In this document: positions 27,025-35,899 of the stretch, one piece after another
Layout: each line of letters begins with the position of its first letter
Position numbering within the stretch: the first letter of the stretch is position 1
Origin: Planctomycetota bacterium
GTDB taxonomy: Bacteria > Planctomycetota > Phycisphaerae > SM23-33
DNA length: 64,000 nucleotides
Reading direction: 5' to 3'
Assembly: GCA_022705325.1 (NCBI GenBank)
Contig: JAKJER010000032.1
Span: 3,152 to 67,151, forward strand
Program-made: the position numbers and the translations under genes
Notes under the pieces: generated by a model
The model's input: only the letters and a program-made list of their open reading frames with translations
What the model was told of the DNA's origin: nothing
The model's database searches: none

Positions 27025-27294
27025 ATGGCGTACAAGGGCAAGCACACGATTCTTGGGATTCACATCACCGACCGACTGAAGGAAGCCATCGAGGTCCAGA
27101 AGCAGTTGACCGCCTTCGGCAAACAGATCAAGACCCGCCTGGGCCTGCACGAGGTGGGCGACGACGTCGCCGGGCTCAACGGCATCCTGCTGCTGGAGAT
27201 GGTCGGGCCCGACAGCGGCGTGGAACAATTGATGGCCAACCTCAACGCCGTTCCCGGCGTGGAGGTCAAGCGGATGGAGTTCGATCACGCCTGA
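27025..27294 (+). CDS. Small ACT/NikR-C-like protein resembling the TM1266 family (putative iron-only hydrogenase system regulator family)
   Basis: 89 aa. The pattern HTILGIHITDRLKEAIEVQKQLTAFGKQIKTRLGL ... GILLLEMVGPDSGVEQLMANLNAVPGVEVKRMEF parallels TM1266 (ILTIVVEDREKAYRQVNELLHNF ... IIFLVLKTDNDTIGALSGKLGQISGVRVKTV), as recalled from memory. Confidence 0.45.
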   Translation: MAYKGKHTILGIHITDRLKEAIEVQKQLTAFGKQIKTRLGLHEVGDDVAGLNGILLLEMVGPDSGVEQLMANLNAVPGVEVKRMEFDHA

Positions 27295-27346
27295 GACCCA
27301 AGGCCAGATTGCTCGCCGGCCGGCACGGGGTGCGATTGGCGTCGTC

Positions 27347-28855
27347 GTGGTCGCATTCGTCTGCGCGTGGGCGTGCGCGGCTGCGACGGCCGAGCCCCCT
27401 CGCGACAAGCCGATCTGGCTGGCCGTGACCCGCCCCATGTTCGAGCGGGCGCTGGCCCCGCTGGCCGGGCACCGCGGGGCGGAGGGGCTGGAGGCCGTGG
27501 TAACGACCGAGCCGGTCGAGCGGGCGATCGCGAAGCTGCCGCGCCCGCCCGCCTGCATCCTGCTGGTCGGCGACGACAGCGACGACCCCGCCGACGCGGG
27601 CCGGCCGTGGAGGGTCCCCGTCAGACGCCTGCCGTTCTATCGCTGGCGCGACGTTCAACCGCCGACATTCGCCTCCGACGCGGCCTGGGGCGACCTCGAC
27701 GCCGACGGTCTGCCCGACGTGCCGGTCGGCCGCCTGCCCGTGCGGACGGCCCGGGAACTGGAGCGGATCGTCGCGAAGATCATCGCGTACGAGTCGCGCC
27801 CCCTCCGCGCAGACGACCTGCGGCTGAGCGTCTGGGCGGGCTCGGCCATGTACGGCGAGGTGGTTGACCGCCTGGCGAACACGCTGTTGCTGACAACGCT
27901 CAAGAACAAATCCCCCGCATGGCTCGAACCGTGGGTGCTGCTGACCGAGGCCTCCGAGCCGCCGGACGGCGCAAAAGGCGACCCGGCCCGGGCGTTCCTG
28001 GACCAGGTGCGGCGGGGGGGGCTGATGACGCTTCTGATCGGGCACGCCAGCCGCACGTCGTTCGCGGCCTCGCAGACGACTGGGCGGTGGGTGGAACTGA
28101 CCGCGCGACGCGCGGAGCGGGAGTTGGAGCAGGGCGAGGTGGCTTCGCCCATGGTCATCGTCGCCTGCGATACGGGCGACTTCGTGGACCCCAAGGCTCG
28201 TCGAAGGTCTTGGCCGGGTTCCGCGCCCGCCCGCGACGCGACACCGCCGGCCGCTGCGCCTCCCACGCCCAGCCTGGGCGAGGCGCTGTTGTTGGCGCCG
28301 GCCGGGCCTGTCGCCGTCGTCGCCGCCACAACCGAGAGCCACCCGCTGCCCAACGCCTACCTGGGCCGGGCCATGCTCGACCAGATGGCCCACCCGTATC
28401 GCCGGTTGGGCACGTGGTTCCTGGCCGCCCAGCGAGAAGCGGCTGCCATGCGCGACCCGCTGCTGGAAGCGACGCTGCGGGACGTCGAGGGCAAGCTGGA
28501 GGAGCGGATCGACACCGCTCGCCTCCAGCAGGACCAGCAACTGACATATGCGATCCTGGGCGACCCAGCCACGCGGATTCGACTGCCGCGGGAAATGGAG
28601 TTGGCCGTCGAGCGGGAACAAGCCGCGTGGCGATGGCGGGTCGTCTCGCCTCCGTCCGGGGCGCGCGTGCTGGAGGTGGGCGTTCGTAGACCGGCCGCGA
28701 TGCCGGGAGCTTTCGAGCCGGTCCGCCCGCCTGCGCCAGACCAGCCATGGCAGGGCACGGTGACTGGCCCGGGCGTCCTGCGCGTGCTGGCCGCCGACAG
28801 GCAGAATCTCTGGGTGGCAGCGGCGAATCTGGAACCGGAGCGGAAAGCGCCATAG
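27347..28855 (+). CDS. Peptidase C25 (gingipain-like) family cysteine protease homolog
   Basis: Family-typical DAAWGDLDADGLPDVPVGRLPVRT. A candidate catalytic His lies in LLIGHAS and a candidate Cys in VIVACDTGDF. The GTG start leaves a short signal, and the hydrophobic stretch extends upstream of it without any ATG or GTG. Confidence 0.6.
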   Translation: MVAFVCAWACAAATAEPPRDKPIWLAVTRPMFERALAPLAGHRGAEGLEAVVTTEPVERAIAKLPRPPACILLVGDDSDDPADAGRPWRVPVRRLPFYRWRDVQPPTFASDAAWGDLDADGLPDVPVGRLPVRTARELERIVAKIIAYESRPLRADDLRLSVWAGSAMYGEVVDRLANTLLLTTLKNKSPAWLEPWVLLTEASEPPDGAKGDPARAFLDQVRRGGLMTLLIGHASRTSFAASQTTGRWVELTARRAERELEQGEVASPMVIVACDTGDFVDPKARRRSWPGSAPARDATPPAAAPPTPSLGEALLLAPAGPVAVVAATTESHPLPNAYLGRAMLDQMAHPYRRLGTWFLAAQREAAAMRDPLLEATLRDVEGKLEERIDTARLQQDQQLTYAILGDPATRIRLPREMELAVEREQAAWRWRVVSPPSGARVLEVGVRRPAAMPGAFEPVRPPAPDQPWQGTVTGPGVLRVLAADRQNLWVAAANLEPERKAP

Positions 28856-28900
28856 GCCAATGCCTGCCGGCTGGCAGGCTTTGCCTCCGCAGCGTCTGCA

Positions 28901-29674
28901 TTATCCCCCGCCCAGCAGTTCTCGCGCGTAGTTGAAGGCGGTCCAACTGTGCCCCACGTCGCCGCCCCCGTAGGCCAGGCTGTAGATGTACTCGTGCACG
29001 TCGTAGCTGGCCGAGAAGATCACCTGCCCGCCGGGGAACGCGAGGTTCCAGCCGGGCGGCCAGCCGTGGAACAGTTTCTCCGGCATCCAGTAGATGTCGA
29101 AGGCCAGCAGGTCCATGGCGACGGTCTTGTCGGCGGGCATCTCGCTCAGGCGGGTGTAGAGATAGCGGCTGGGCGTCTGGTGCGGGTTGTAGTTGTAGGC
29201 CATGCGGATGCGCTGCTTCTTGGGGTCGCCCTCGACCGATCCGCCCCACGGCTCGGTCCAGGTTTCCATGCGGTGCAGCGGGTCCTTGTTGGAGGGGCAA
29301 TAAAACGCCCGCCAGTTGCCGACGTGGCCGGTCTCGTAGGCCATGGCCATGTTCCACGGCGTCATCCTGCCGTTTGTCCGGGTGCTGTTCTCGTAGGCGA
29401 TGTAGGTGTGCCACGTCTCGGTCAGGCTCTTGGTGCCGCTGATGTGGAAGGGGGGCAGTTCGCCCCGCTGCGACTGGGCATAGCCGGCCAGGCCCACCGA
29501 GATCTGGTGCAGGTTGCTGCCGCAGATGACCTGGCGGCTCAGGTGTCGCGCGTTCTGGAGAGCGGGCGTGAGGATCATCAGCAGCAGGCTCATGATCGCC
29601 ACCACCACCAGCAACTCCACCAGCGTGAAGCCGACGCGCGAACTGCGGACCGTCTGGTTGGCGGATCGTGTCAC
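28901..29674 (-). CDS. Prepilin-type N-terminal methylation-domain protein (DUF1559 / type II pseudopilin-like)
   Basis: GFTLVELLVVVAIMSLLLMIL cleavage/methylation motif. GTG start 4 nt after AGGGAG. The C-terminus FPGGQVIFSASYDV resembles a degenerate H-X9-DG box. The longer ORF (to 29815) has a non-protein-like N-terminus. Confidence 0.8.
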   Translation of the reverse strand: MTRSANQTVRSSRVGFTLVELLVVVAIMSLLLMILTPALQNARHLSRQVICGSNLHQISVGLAGYAQSQRGELPPFHISGTKSLTETWHTYIAYENSTRTNGRMTPWNMAMAYETGHVGNWRAFYCPSNKDPLHRMETWTEPWGGSVEGDPKKQRIRMAYNYNPHQTPSRYLYTRLSEMPADKTVAMDLLAFDIYWMPEKLFHGWPPGWNLAFPGGQVIFSASYDVHEYIYSLAYGGGDVGHSWTAFNYARELLGGG

Positions 29675-29886
29675 GGAACTCCCTTGCTCATGCGGCGCAG
29701 GACGCGAACAGCCGATTCCCGGCTGAGATTGTAGCACCGCGAGGCGACTCGACAAGTCAAAATGCCAGTCAAAATGCCAGTGGGCGCGCGTGCCGATTGC
29801 GGGTAGAATAGACATGCAGCAACTCTGCCGTCTGACCCTGACGCATCTGGGACGGCTTTATATCCCGCTACGCAAGGAGACACACC

Positions 29887-31980
29887 ATGAACGGACGGAT
29901 GGCTCGGATATCGAGCGCACTTGTGCTGGTCTTGCTGGCTGTGACCATTCCCGCGGTTGGGGATACGCTTACGTTCTACCGTACCGCCGCCATCCCCGAA
30001 CTGGGCATCAGCAACTACAACGGGGTGACCAGCGCCCGGCTCAATGACTCATCCACGTACATCGACTCGCCTATGGGGGGCAGCCAGGCCCTGTTCGCGG
30101 GCGACAACGGCAACGACGCCGACAACCGCAGCCTCGTAGGCTTCGACCTGCGAACGCTGACGGGCTGGACGATCACCGGCGACGCGACGCTGCGCCTGCG
30201 CGTGACCCAGGTGGACGGTTCGCCCGACGCCGGGGACTTCTTCGACGTCTATCGAGTCCAATCGACCAACGCCGCATGGACGGCCGGGGCCTCTAGCTGG
30301 AATCGCCTGGACCAGGGCGGGCTCGTCGCCTGGAAGGACGCCGCCAACGCGGACCTGCCCACGGGGCCAAGCCCGGCCGGCGGTCTGGGTCAGCCGGGCG
30401 AGGGCTATGCCGCGACGCCGCTGGCCACGATCAACCAGGCGTCCTACACAGTGAACAGCTTCGTCAATGTGACCATCCCCCAGGCCGTCGTGCAGTCCAT
30501 GATCCAGGACAACGACCCGGGCTTGCTGCTGCGGAGCCGCGACGAAACCAACGCCGGCAGAGTGGCCTTCAACCAACAGGGAGCCAACGTCAACGGGCCG
30601 AATCTGACCATCCAGGCGCAGGCGCCGGCCCTGTCGAACTACGGGCAGAAAGTCATGGCCGACGGGGCGGTCCACTACTGGCGTCTCAACGAGACCGGCG
30701 GCAGCATCGCCGCCAACCAGGCTGCGCCGACGGACTTCGGCACGTACACCAACAGTCCAACGGTGGGCGAAGCGGGGCCGGGGGCGGGCGATGGGTTCTA
30801 CGGGATGGACGCCGACAACCGCTCCGTCGACTTCACGCCTTCCACTTCGCAAGTGGCCCTGCCCGCGCTGGGGATCTCGGGCAACAGCGCCCGCACCTAC
30901 GAGGGCTGGTTCAACGCTACGGCCTCGGCGCAGGCCTACCTGAGCACCCCCGGATCTGGCTCCGGCAAGCGGATTTCGCTGACGGCCTCCAACGGCGAAG
31001 TCTCGGTCGCCGTCGAAGGCCACCGCTTCGGGGTGACGTTTGACACAACCGTCGGCGGCTCGCCCCAGTCCACCGTCTACACGGGCGCGCCTCTAAACGC
31101 AGGCTGGCACCACTTTGCCGTCACCTTCCCCGATGGGGCGACCACGTCGGACCAGTTCCGCTTCTACGTGGACGGCGTGGACCGAACGCCCTACGCCCGC
31201 ACGCTGGCCGGGTCGGCCCAGACGGTCAACACCGCCGACGTGGCCGGATGGATCGGGCTTGGCGCCGGCGGGTGGATTGATGAGGTGGCGGTCTACGCGA
31301 GCGACATCGGGCGCGAAGCGGCGGCAGGCCACTTCGCGGCCGCCCGATCGATCGACGCGACCATCTCGCAGGACACGCGGACGATGGGGAGGTTCCTGTC
31401 CGTCGCGCAGGGCAACCGTAACGACAGCCTCTGGCCCGACGAGTCCAGCGGCACGGATCGGGCGAGCGTGCTCCAGGTTCGCGAGCGGACGGTCGACCAG
31501 AGCGGCAGTAATCTCCGCACCAACGCCTTCTTCGAGTTTGACCTGTCGGAGCTCATGGGGCGGGAAGTGCTCAACGCCACGCTGACCCTTTGTCAGGACT
31601 CGCGGAACGTCAACACCGCCTACCTGCAACTGGCCCGCGTGACCGACCCATGGGACGAGACCACGCTGGCCTGGGACCAGGCGGTGGCCGACGCCTTCCG
31701 TTTCGGCGGGACCAACACGCCCGGCGAGAACGACGACAAGCCCGCCGTGATCGACGTGACCGACATGGTTCGCGGCTGGTTGGACGGCACCTATTCCAAC
31801 TACGGCTTCCGCCTGGCGTTCGACGAGCAGGCGTTCGTCATTGCCGATTTCTACAGCCAGGGCGAGTTTGCCCCCCAGTTGACGATCACCACGCTGAGCG
31901 TGCCTGAGCCTCTGACCGCCTTGGGGGTGCTGGCGGCTGCCTCCGCGGTCGGCGGCTACATTCGCCGGCGGCGCCGCTGA
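29887..31980 (+). CDS. Exported PEP-CTERM protein with DNRLRE-like and LamG-like modules
   Basis: Signal peptide. DNRSLVGFDL and a second similar module (NAFFEFDLSE ... GFRL). A central LamG-like segment (YEGWFNA ... WHHFAVTF ... FYVDG). C-terminal VPEPLTALGVLAAASAVGGYIRRRRR. Confidence 0.75.
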   Translation: MNGRMARISSALVLVLLAVTIPAVGDTLTFYRTAAIPELGISNYNGVTSARLNDSSTYIDSPMGGSQALFAGDNGNDADNRSLVGFDLRTLTGWTITGDATLRLRVTQVDGSPDAGDFFDVYRVQSTNAAWTAGASSWNRLDQGGLVAWKDAANADLPTGPSPAGGLGQPGEGYAATPLATINQASYTVNSFVNVTIPQAVVQSMIQDNDPGLLLRSRDETNAGRVAFNQQGANVNGPNLTIQAQAPALSNYGQKVMADGAVHYWRLNETGGSIAANQAAPTDFGTYTNSPTVGEAGPGAGDGFYGMDADNRSVDFTPSTSQVALPALGISGNSARTYEGWFNATASAQAYLSTPGSGSGKRISLTASNGEVSVAVEGHRFGVTFDTTVGGSPQSTVYTGAPLNAGWHHFAVTFPDGATTSDQFRFYVDGVDRTPYARTLAGSAQTVNTADVAGWIGLGAGGWIDEVAVYASDIGREAAAGHFAAARSIDATISQDTRTMGRFLSVAQGNRNDSLWPDESSGTDRASVLQVRERTVDQSGSNLRTNAFFEFDLSELMGREVLNATLTLCQDSRNVNTAYLQLARVTDPWDETTLAWDQAVADAFRFGGTNTPGENDDKPAVIDVTDMVRGWLDGTYSNYGFRLAFDEQAFVIADFYSQGEFAPQLTITTLSVPEPLTALGVLAAASAVGGYIRRRRR

Positions 31981-31987
31981 GGGGCCC

Positions 31988-32215
31988 TCAGTCGGGCTGA
32001 TCCGCGTGCGTCGCGTCGCTCTCTCCGCATCGCCTGACGCCGAACTTGGCCAGGATGTCCTCCATGAGGCACCACCGCGTCAACGCGGACTGGAGCAGGT
32101 TCGCCCCGACGAAGGCGGTGAACAGGAAGAACCAGGGGCTTACCCAGTAGCCCAGGGCCAGGCTGGCCAGGATGAACGTGCCCGCGATCAGTCGAACATA
32201 GCGTTCCATGCTCAT
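31988..32215 (-). CDS. DUF2892 (YgaP-like) small membrane protein
   Basis: MSMERYVRLIAGTFILASLALGYWVSPWFFLFTAFVGANLLQSALTRWCLME matches the two-helix DUF2892 pattern. Confidence 0.7.
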   Translation of the reverse strand: MSMERYVRLIAGTFILASLALGYWVSPWFFLFTAFVGANLLQSALTRWCLMEDILAKFGVRRCGESDATHADQPD

Positions 32216-32355
32216 AATCACCTCGTGTCGTGTGCGGTCTGGTGCAACGCCGGCGCGTTTTCTCCATTGTAGCCCCAGCCCCCGCGCGTGACATTCCAAA
32301 GACGGCGGGCCATAATCCTCCCATGCGTCGTGACGCCTTGCTGGGAGACCGTTCT

Positions 32356-35300
32356 ATGAGAGCCTCCGTTGCTTTGCCTGCCCGGGTCGTCCTGATTGCG
32401 GCCGTCGCATTGTCGGCGATGCCTGCCGCCGGGGCCGACGACCTCCGCCGGGAGTTTGCCTCCCCGCCCGACTCGGCCCGTCCATGGGTGTACCTGATGG
32501 TCGCCGACGGACACCTCGGTCGCGAGGGCCTGACGGCTGACCTGGAGGCCATGCGCCAGGCGGGCATCGGCGGGGTCATCATGATGGAGACCAACGTCGG
32601 CGTGCCGCGGGGGACGGTGGACTTCATGAGCCCCGCGTGGCGCGAGGCCTTCGCCCACGGCGTGAAGGAGGCCGAGCGGCTGGGCCTGCACGTCACGCTC
32701 AACGCCGGCCCGGGCTGGACCGGCAGCGGCGGGCCGTGGGTCAAACCCGAGCAGTCGATGCAGCATCTGGTCGCCGCCGCCACCCCGGCCAAAGGCCCCG
32801 CCCGTTTCGACGCCGTGCTCGCCCGGGCCCAGCCTCGTCCGCCGTACTTCGGCAGCCACTTGCCCGCCGAGTTGGAAAAGGCCCGCAAGGAGTTCTATCG
32901 CGACGTAGCCGTGCTGGCCTTCCCCACGCCCAAGGGCCCGCAGCGGGTCGCCGACATCGACGAGAAGGCCCTGTACGTCCGCGACCCGTACACGTCCAAA
33001 CCGAACGTCAGGCCGCGACTGCCCAGCCCGGCCGACGCGGCGCCCGCGCCGGCCGACGCGTGCGTGCCCCTGGACCGCGTGATGGACCTCACAGAACAAA
33101 TGGACCCCTCGGGCCGCCTCACGTGGGACGTGCCCGCGGGCGAGTGGACGATCCTCCGCCTGGGCCGCACCAGCACCGGGGCCAACACCCGCCCCGCGCC
33201 GCACCCGGGCCTGGGCCTGGAGTGCGACAAGATGAACGCCTCCGCCCTCGACGCCCACTTCGACGCGTTTATCGTTCCGCTGCTGAAAGCCGTGGGCCCG
33301 CGCCGCACCGATGGGCAGGCGGGCTGGACGCACCTGCACATCGACAGTTGGGAAATGGGCAGCCAGAACTGGACCGCGGACTTCCGCGAGCAGTTCCGCA
33401 AGCGTCGCGGCTGCGACCCGCTGGCGTATCTGCCCGCCTACAGCGGCTACATCGTCCGGAGCCCCGAGGTGACGGAGCGATTCCTCTGGGACGTCCGCCT
33501 GACCTCGCAGGAGTTGGTCATCGAACGCCACGCCCGCCACTTGAAGGAGTTGGGGCGGCGGCACGGGTTCGGCCTGTCCATCGAACCGTACGACATGAAC
33601 CCGTGCGGCGACATGGTCCTCGGCTCGGTGGCCGGCGTGCCCATGGGCGAGTTCTGGGCCGACACGTTCGACAGCGTCTTCAGTTGCATCGAAGCGGTCT
33701 CGATCGCCCACACGAGAGGCCGCGCGATCGTGGCCGCCGAGGCGTTCACCTCCGGGCACGACGGCTGGCGGCGCCACCCGGGCACGCTCAAGCAGCAGGC
33801 CGACTGGGCCCTGTGCATGGGCATCAACCGCATCGTCTTCCACCGCTACCAGCACCAGGCCTACGTGGATCGTCGCCCACCCGGGCTCACCTTCGGCGGC
33901 TACGGGGTGCACTGGGAGCGGACGCAGACCTGGTGGCCGCTGGCGGGGGCATTCCACGCGTACCTGGCCCGCTGCCAGCACATGCTGCGCCAGGGCGCGG
34001 CGGTGGCCGACGTGCTCTACCTCACCCCTGAGGGGGCCCCGCAGGTGTTCACCCCGCCGGCCTCCGCCCTGCGCGGCTCGGACCGCCTACGCGACAAGCG
34101 CGGATACAGCTTCGACGGGTGCGACCCGGACGGACTGATCGAGTTGGCAAGCGTAAAGGACGGGCGGATCATCTTTCCCGGCGGAGCCAGCTACCGCCTG
34201 TTGGTCCTGGGCGACGCGCCGACCATGACGCCGCGGCTGATGCGGAAGGTCGTCGAACTGGTGGAGGCCGGGGCTAACGTCGTCGGGAGCCTGCCCGTCA
34301 AGTCGCCCAGCCTGGAGGGCTATCCCGAGTGCGACAGCCAGGTCATGGAGTTGGCCAAGCGGCTTGAAGGCAAGGGGCCGGTCCGCTTGGGCAAGGGCGT
34401 GTTTTGGCCGGTCGCAGCCGGAGTCCAACCGGCGCGTTCCCCCGAGCCGCTGGCCAAGGCCCGCTGGATCTGGCACGGCAACGGCAACGCCATGTCGGCG
34501 GCTGCGGGGGAGAAGCGCTTCTTCCGCCGGATGGTAAGCCTGAAAGGCAAGCCCGCGGTCGCTTCCGCCGCCATCGCCCTGACTGCCGACAACGCGTTCT
34601 CGCTCCGCGTGAACGGTCGGGAGATCGGCGAGGGCGACAACTTCACGAACGTCTACACGTTCGACCTGCCCGGCCTGCGAGCCGACGCGGACAACCTGAT
34701 CGAGGTGGAGGCAGTGAATCAGGGCGACGCGCCCAACCCGGCAGGGCTGATCGGCTCGCTACGCGTCCGGTTTGCCGACGGTTCGTCGCTGGCGGTCGTG
34801 ACTGACGCCCAGTGGCACAGCGCCGCGACGGCCGGCGGCCCATGGACGCCCGCCCGCGACCTGGGCCCCATGCCCATGGGCCCGTGGAACCTGAAGCACC
34901 GCCCGCCTCCGCCACCGGAACTGTACCCGGACTACGGCGTCACCGCCCGCATCCTGCACGACATGGGCGTCGGGCCCGACTTCGAGTCCGACCTGCCGCT
35001 GCGCTGCATCCACCGGCGCGACGGCGGGCGCGACATCTACTTCGTCTCCAATACGACCGACAAAGCCGTGACCGGCCCGGCGGCCTTCCGAGTAACTCAG
35101 GCATTCCTGCCTGAGACTCATGCCCCAGCGGCCTCGGCCAAAGGCATTACCCTCTGGGACCCGATGACGGGCAGAATCTACCGCCCCCCGGCCGCGCCGC
35201 GTGCCGGCGAGCGGCGGGGCACGACGCTGCTCGATCTGACGCTGCCCGCCTCGGGCAGCGTCTTCGTCGTCTTCCACGAGTCGATACCCACGGACGAATC

Positions 35301-35811
35301 CCTGGCGGTATGGAAGCCGCTGCCGGGCGAGGCCGTCGTGACACTGGACGGGCCGTGGGAAGTGACGTTCCCGCCGAACCGCGGCGCGCCGCCTAGGATC
35401 TCGCTGCCCGCCCTGCTCGACCTGAGCTGCCACCGTGACCCCGCCGTCCGCCACTTCTCGGGCATCGCGACCTACCGTAGACCGTTCACCTACCTTAAAC
35501 CTGCCGGCAGGCCGCTGCCCGCCTGGCTGGACCTGGGCGAGGTCAACGTCGCCGCCCGCGTCCGCCTCAACGGACGCGACCTCGGCATCGCCTGGAAGTC
35601 GCCCTACCTGTTGGAACTGGGCGACGCCCTCCGCGAGGGCGAGAACACGCTGGAGATCGACGTGGCCAACCTCTGGATCAATCGCCTGATCGGCGACGCC
35701 GCCCTCCCGGCCGACAAGCGAGTCACCTGGACCACCTGGAGCCCGTACAAGCCCAACTCGCCTCTGGCGCCGTCGGGACTGATTGGACCGGTTCACCTGA
35801 AAAGCAAATGA
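32356..35811 (+). CDS. Large exported glycoside hydrolase, GH106-like (BT0986-type rhamnosidase family) with a C-terminal galactose-binding-like domain
   Basis: Signal peptide MRASVALPARVVLIAAVALSAMPAAGA. Family-typical opening FASPPDSARPWVYLMV ... LTADLEAMRQAGIGGVIMME. C-terminal VRLNGRDLG ... GENTLEIDVANLWINRLIGD. An alternative start is at 32323. Confidence 0.55.
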   Translation: MRASVALPARVVLIAAVALSAMPAAGADDLRREFASPPDSARPWVYLMVADGHLGREGLTADLEAMRQAGIGGVIMMETNVGVPRGTVDFMSPAWREAFAHGVKEAERLGLHVTLNAGPGWTGSGGPWVKPEQSMQHLVAAATPAKGPARFDAVLARAQPRPPYFGSHLPAELEKARKEFYRDVAVLAFPTPKGPQRVADIDEKALYVRDPYTSKPNVRPRLPSPADAAPAPADACVPLDRVMDLTEQMDPSGRLTWDVPAGEWTILRLGRTSTGANTRPAPHPGLGLECDKMNASALDAHFDAFIVPLLKAVGPRRTDGQAGWTHLHIDSWEMGSQNWTADFREQFRKRRGCDPLAYLPAYSGYIVRSPEVTERFLWDVRLTSQELVIERHARHLKELGRRHGFGLSIEPYDMNPCGDMVLGSVAGVPMGEFWADTFDSVFSCIEAVSIAHTRGRAIVAAEAFTSGHDGWRRHPGTLKQQADWALCMGINRIVFHRYQHQAYVDRRPPGLTFGGYGVHWERTQTWWPLAGAFHAYLARCQHMLRQGAAVADVLYLTPEGAPQVFTPPASALRGSDRLRDKRGYSFDGCDPDGLIELASVKDGRIIFPGGASYRLLVLGDAPTMTPRLMRKVVELVEAGANVVGSLPVKSPSLEGYPECDSQVMELAKRLEGKGPVRLGKGVFWPVAAGVQPARSPEPLAKARWIWHGNGNAMSAAAGEKRFFRRMVSLKGKPAVASAAIALTADNAFSLRVNGREIGEGDNFTNVYTFDLPGLRADADNLIEVEAVNQGDAPNPAGLIGSLRVRFADGSSLAVVTDAQWHSAATAGGPWTPARDLGPMPMGPWNLKHRPPPPPELYPDYGVTARILHDMGVGPDFESDLPLRCIHRRDGGRDIYFVSNTTDKAVTGPAAFRVTQAFLPETHAPAASAKGITLWDPMTGRIYRPPAAPRAGERRGTTLLDLTLPASGSVFVVFHESIPTDESLAVWKPLPGEAVVTLDGPWEVTFPPNRGAPPRISLPALLDLSCHRDPAVRHFSGIATYRRPFTYLKPAGRPLPAWLDLGEVNVAARVRLNGRDLGIAWKSPYLLELGDALREGENTLEIDVANLWINRLIGDAALPADKRVTWTTWSPYKPNSPLAPSGLIGPVHLKSK

Positions 35812-35899
35812 ACACTTTCCACACCGCCGAATGGCAAGCCCTGGGTCGGCACTGTGCGCGGCCGAAGGGCTTGCCAGTCGGCGGCGTCGATCAGCAGTT

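Noticed and set aside
29675-29815. The longer version of the pseudopilin ORF starting at ATG 29815.
   Set aside because: The extra 47 residues (MSILPAIGTRAHWHFDWHFDLSS...) are not signal-like. A GTG with AGGGAG 4 nt upstream gives the canonical short leader before GFTLVELL.
32155-32285. An apparent 1-nt disagreement between my reading of the printed sequence and the ORF-track translations around 32161 and 32281. It would break the DUF2892 ORF.
   Set aside because: The two offsets cancel each other and sit at line breaks. The supplied track translates both overlapping ORFs cleanly. I treat it as a reading or formatting artefact and used ORF-track arithmetic for CDS coordinates.
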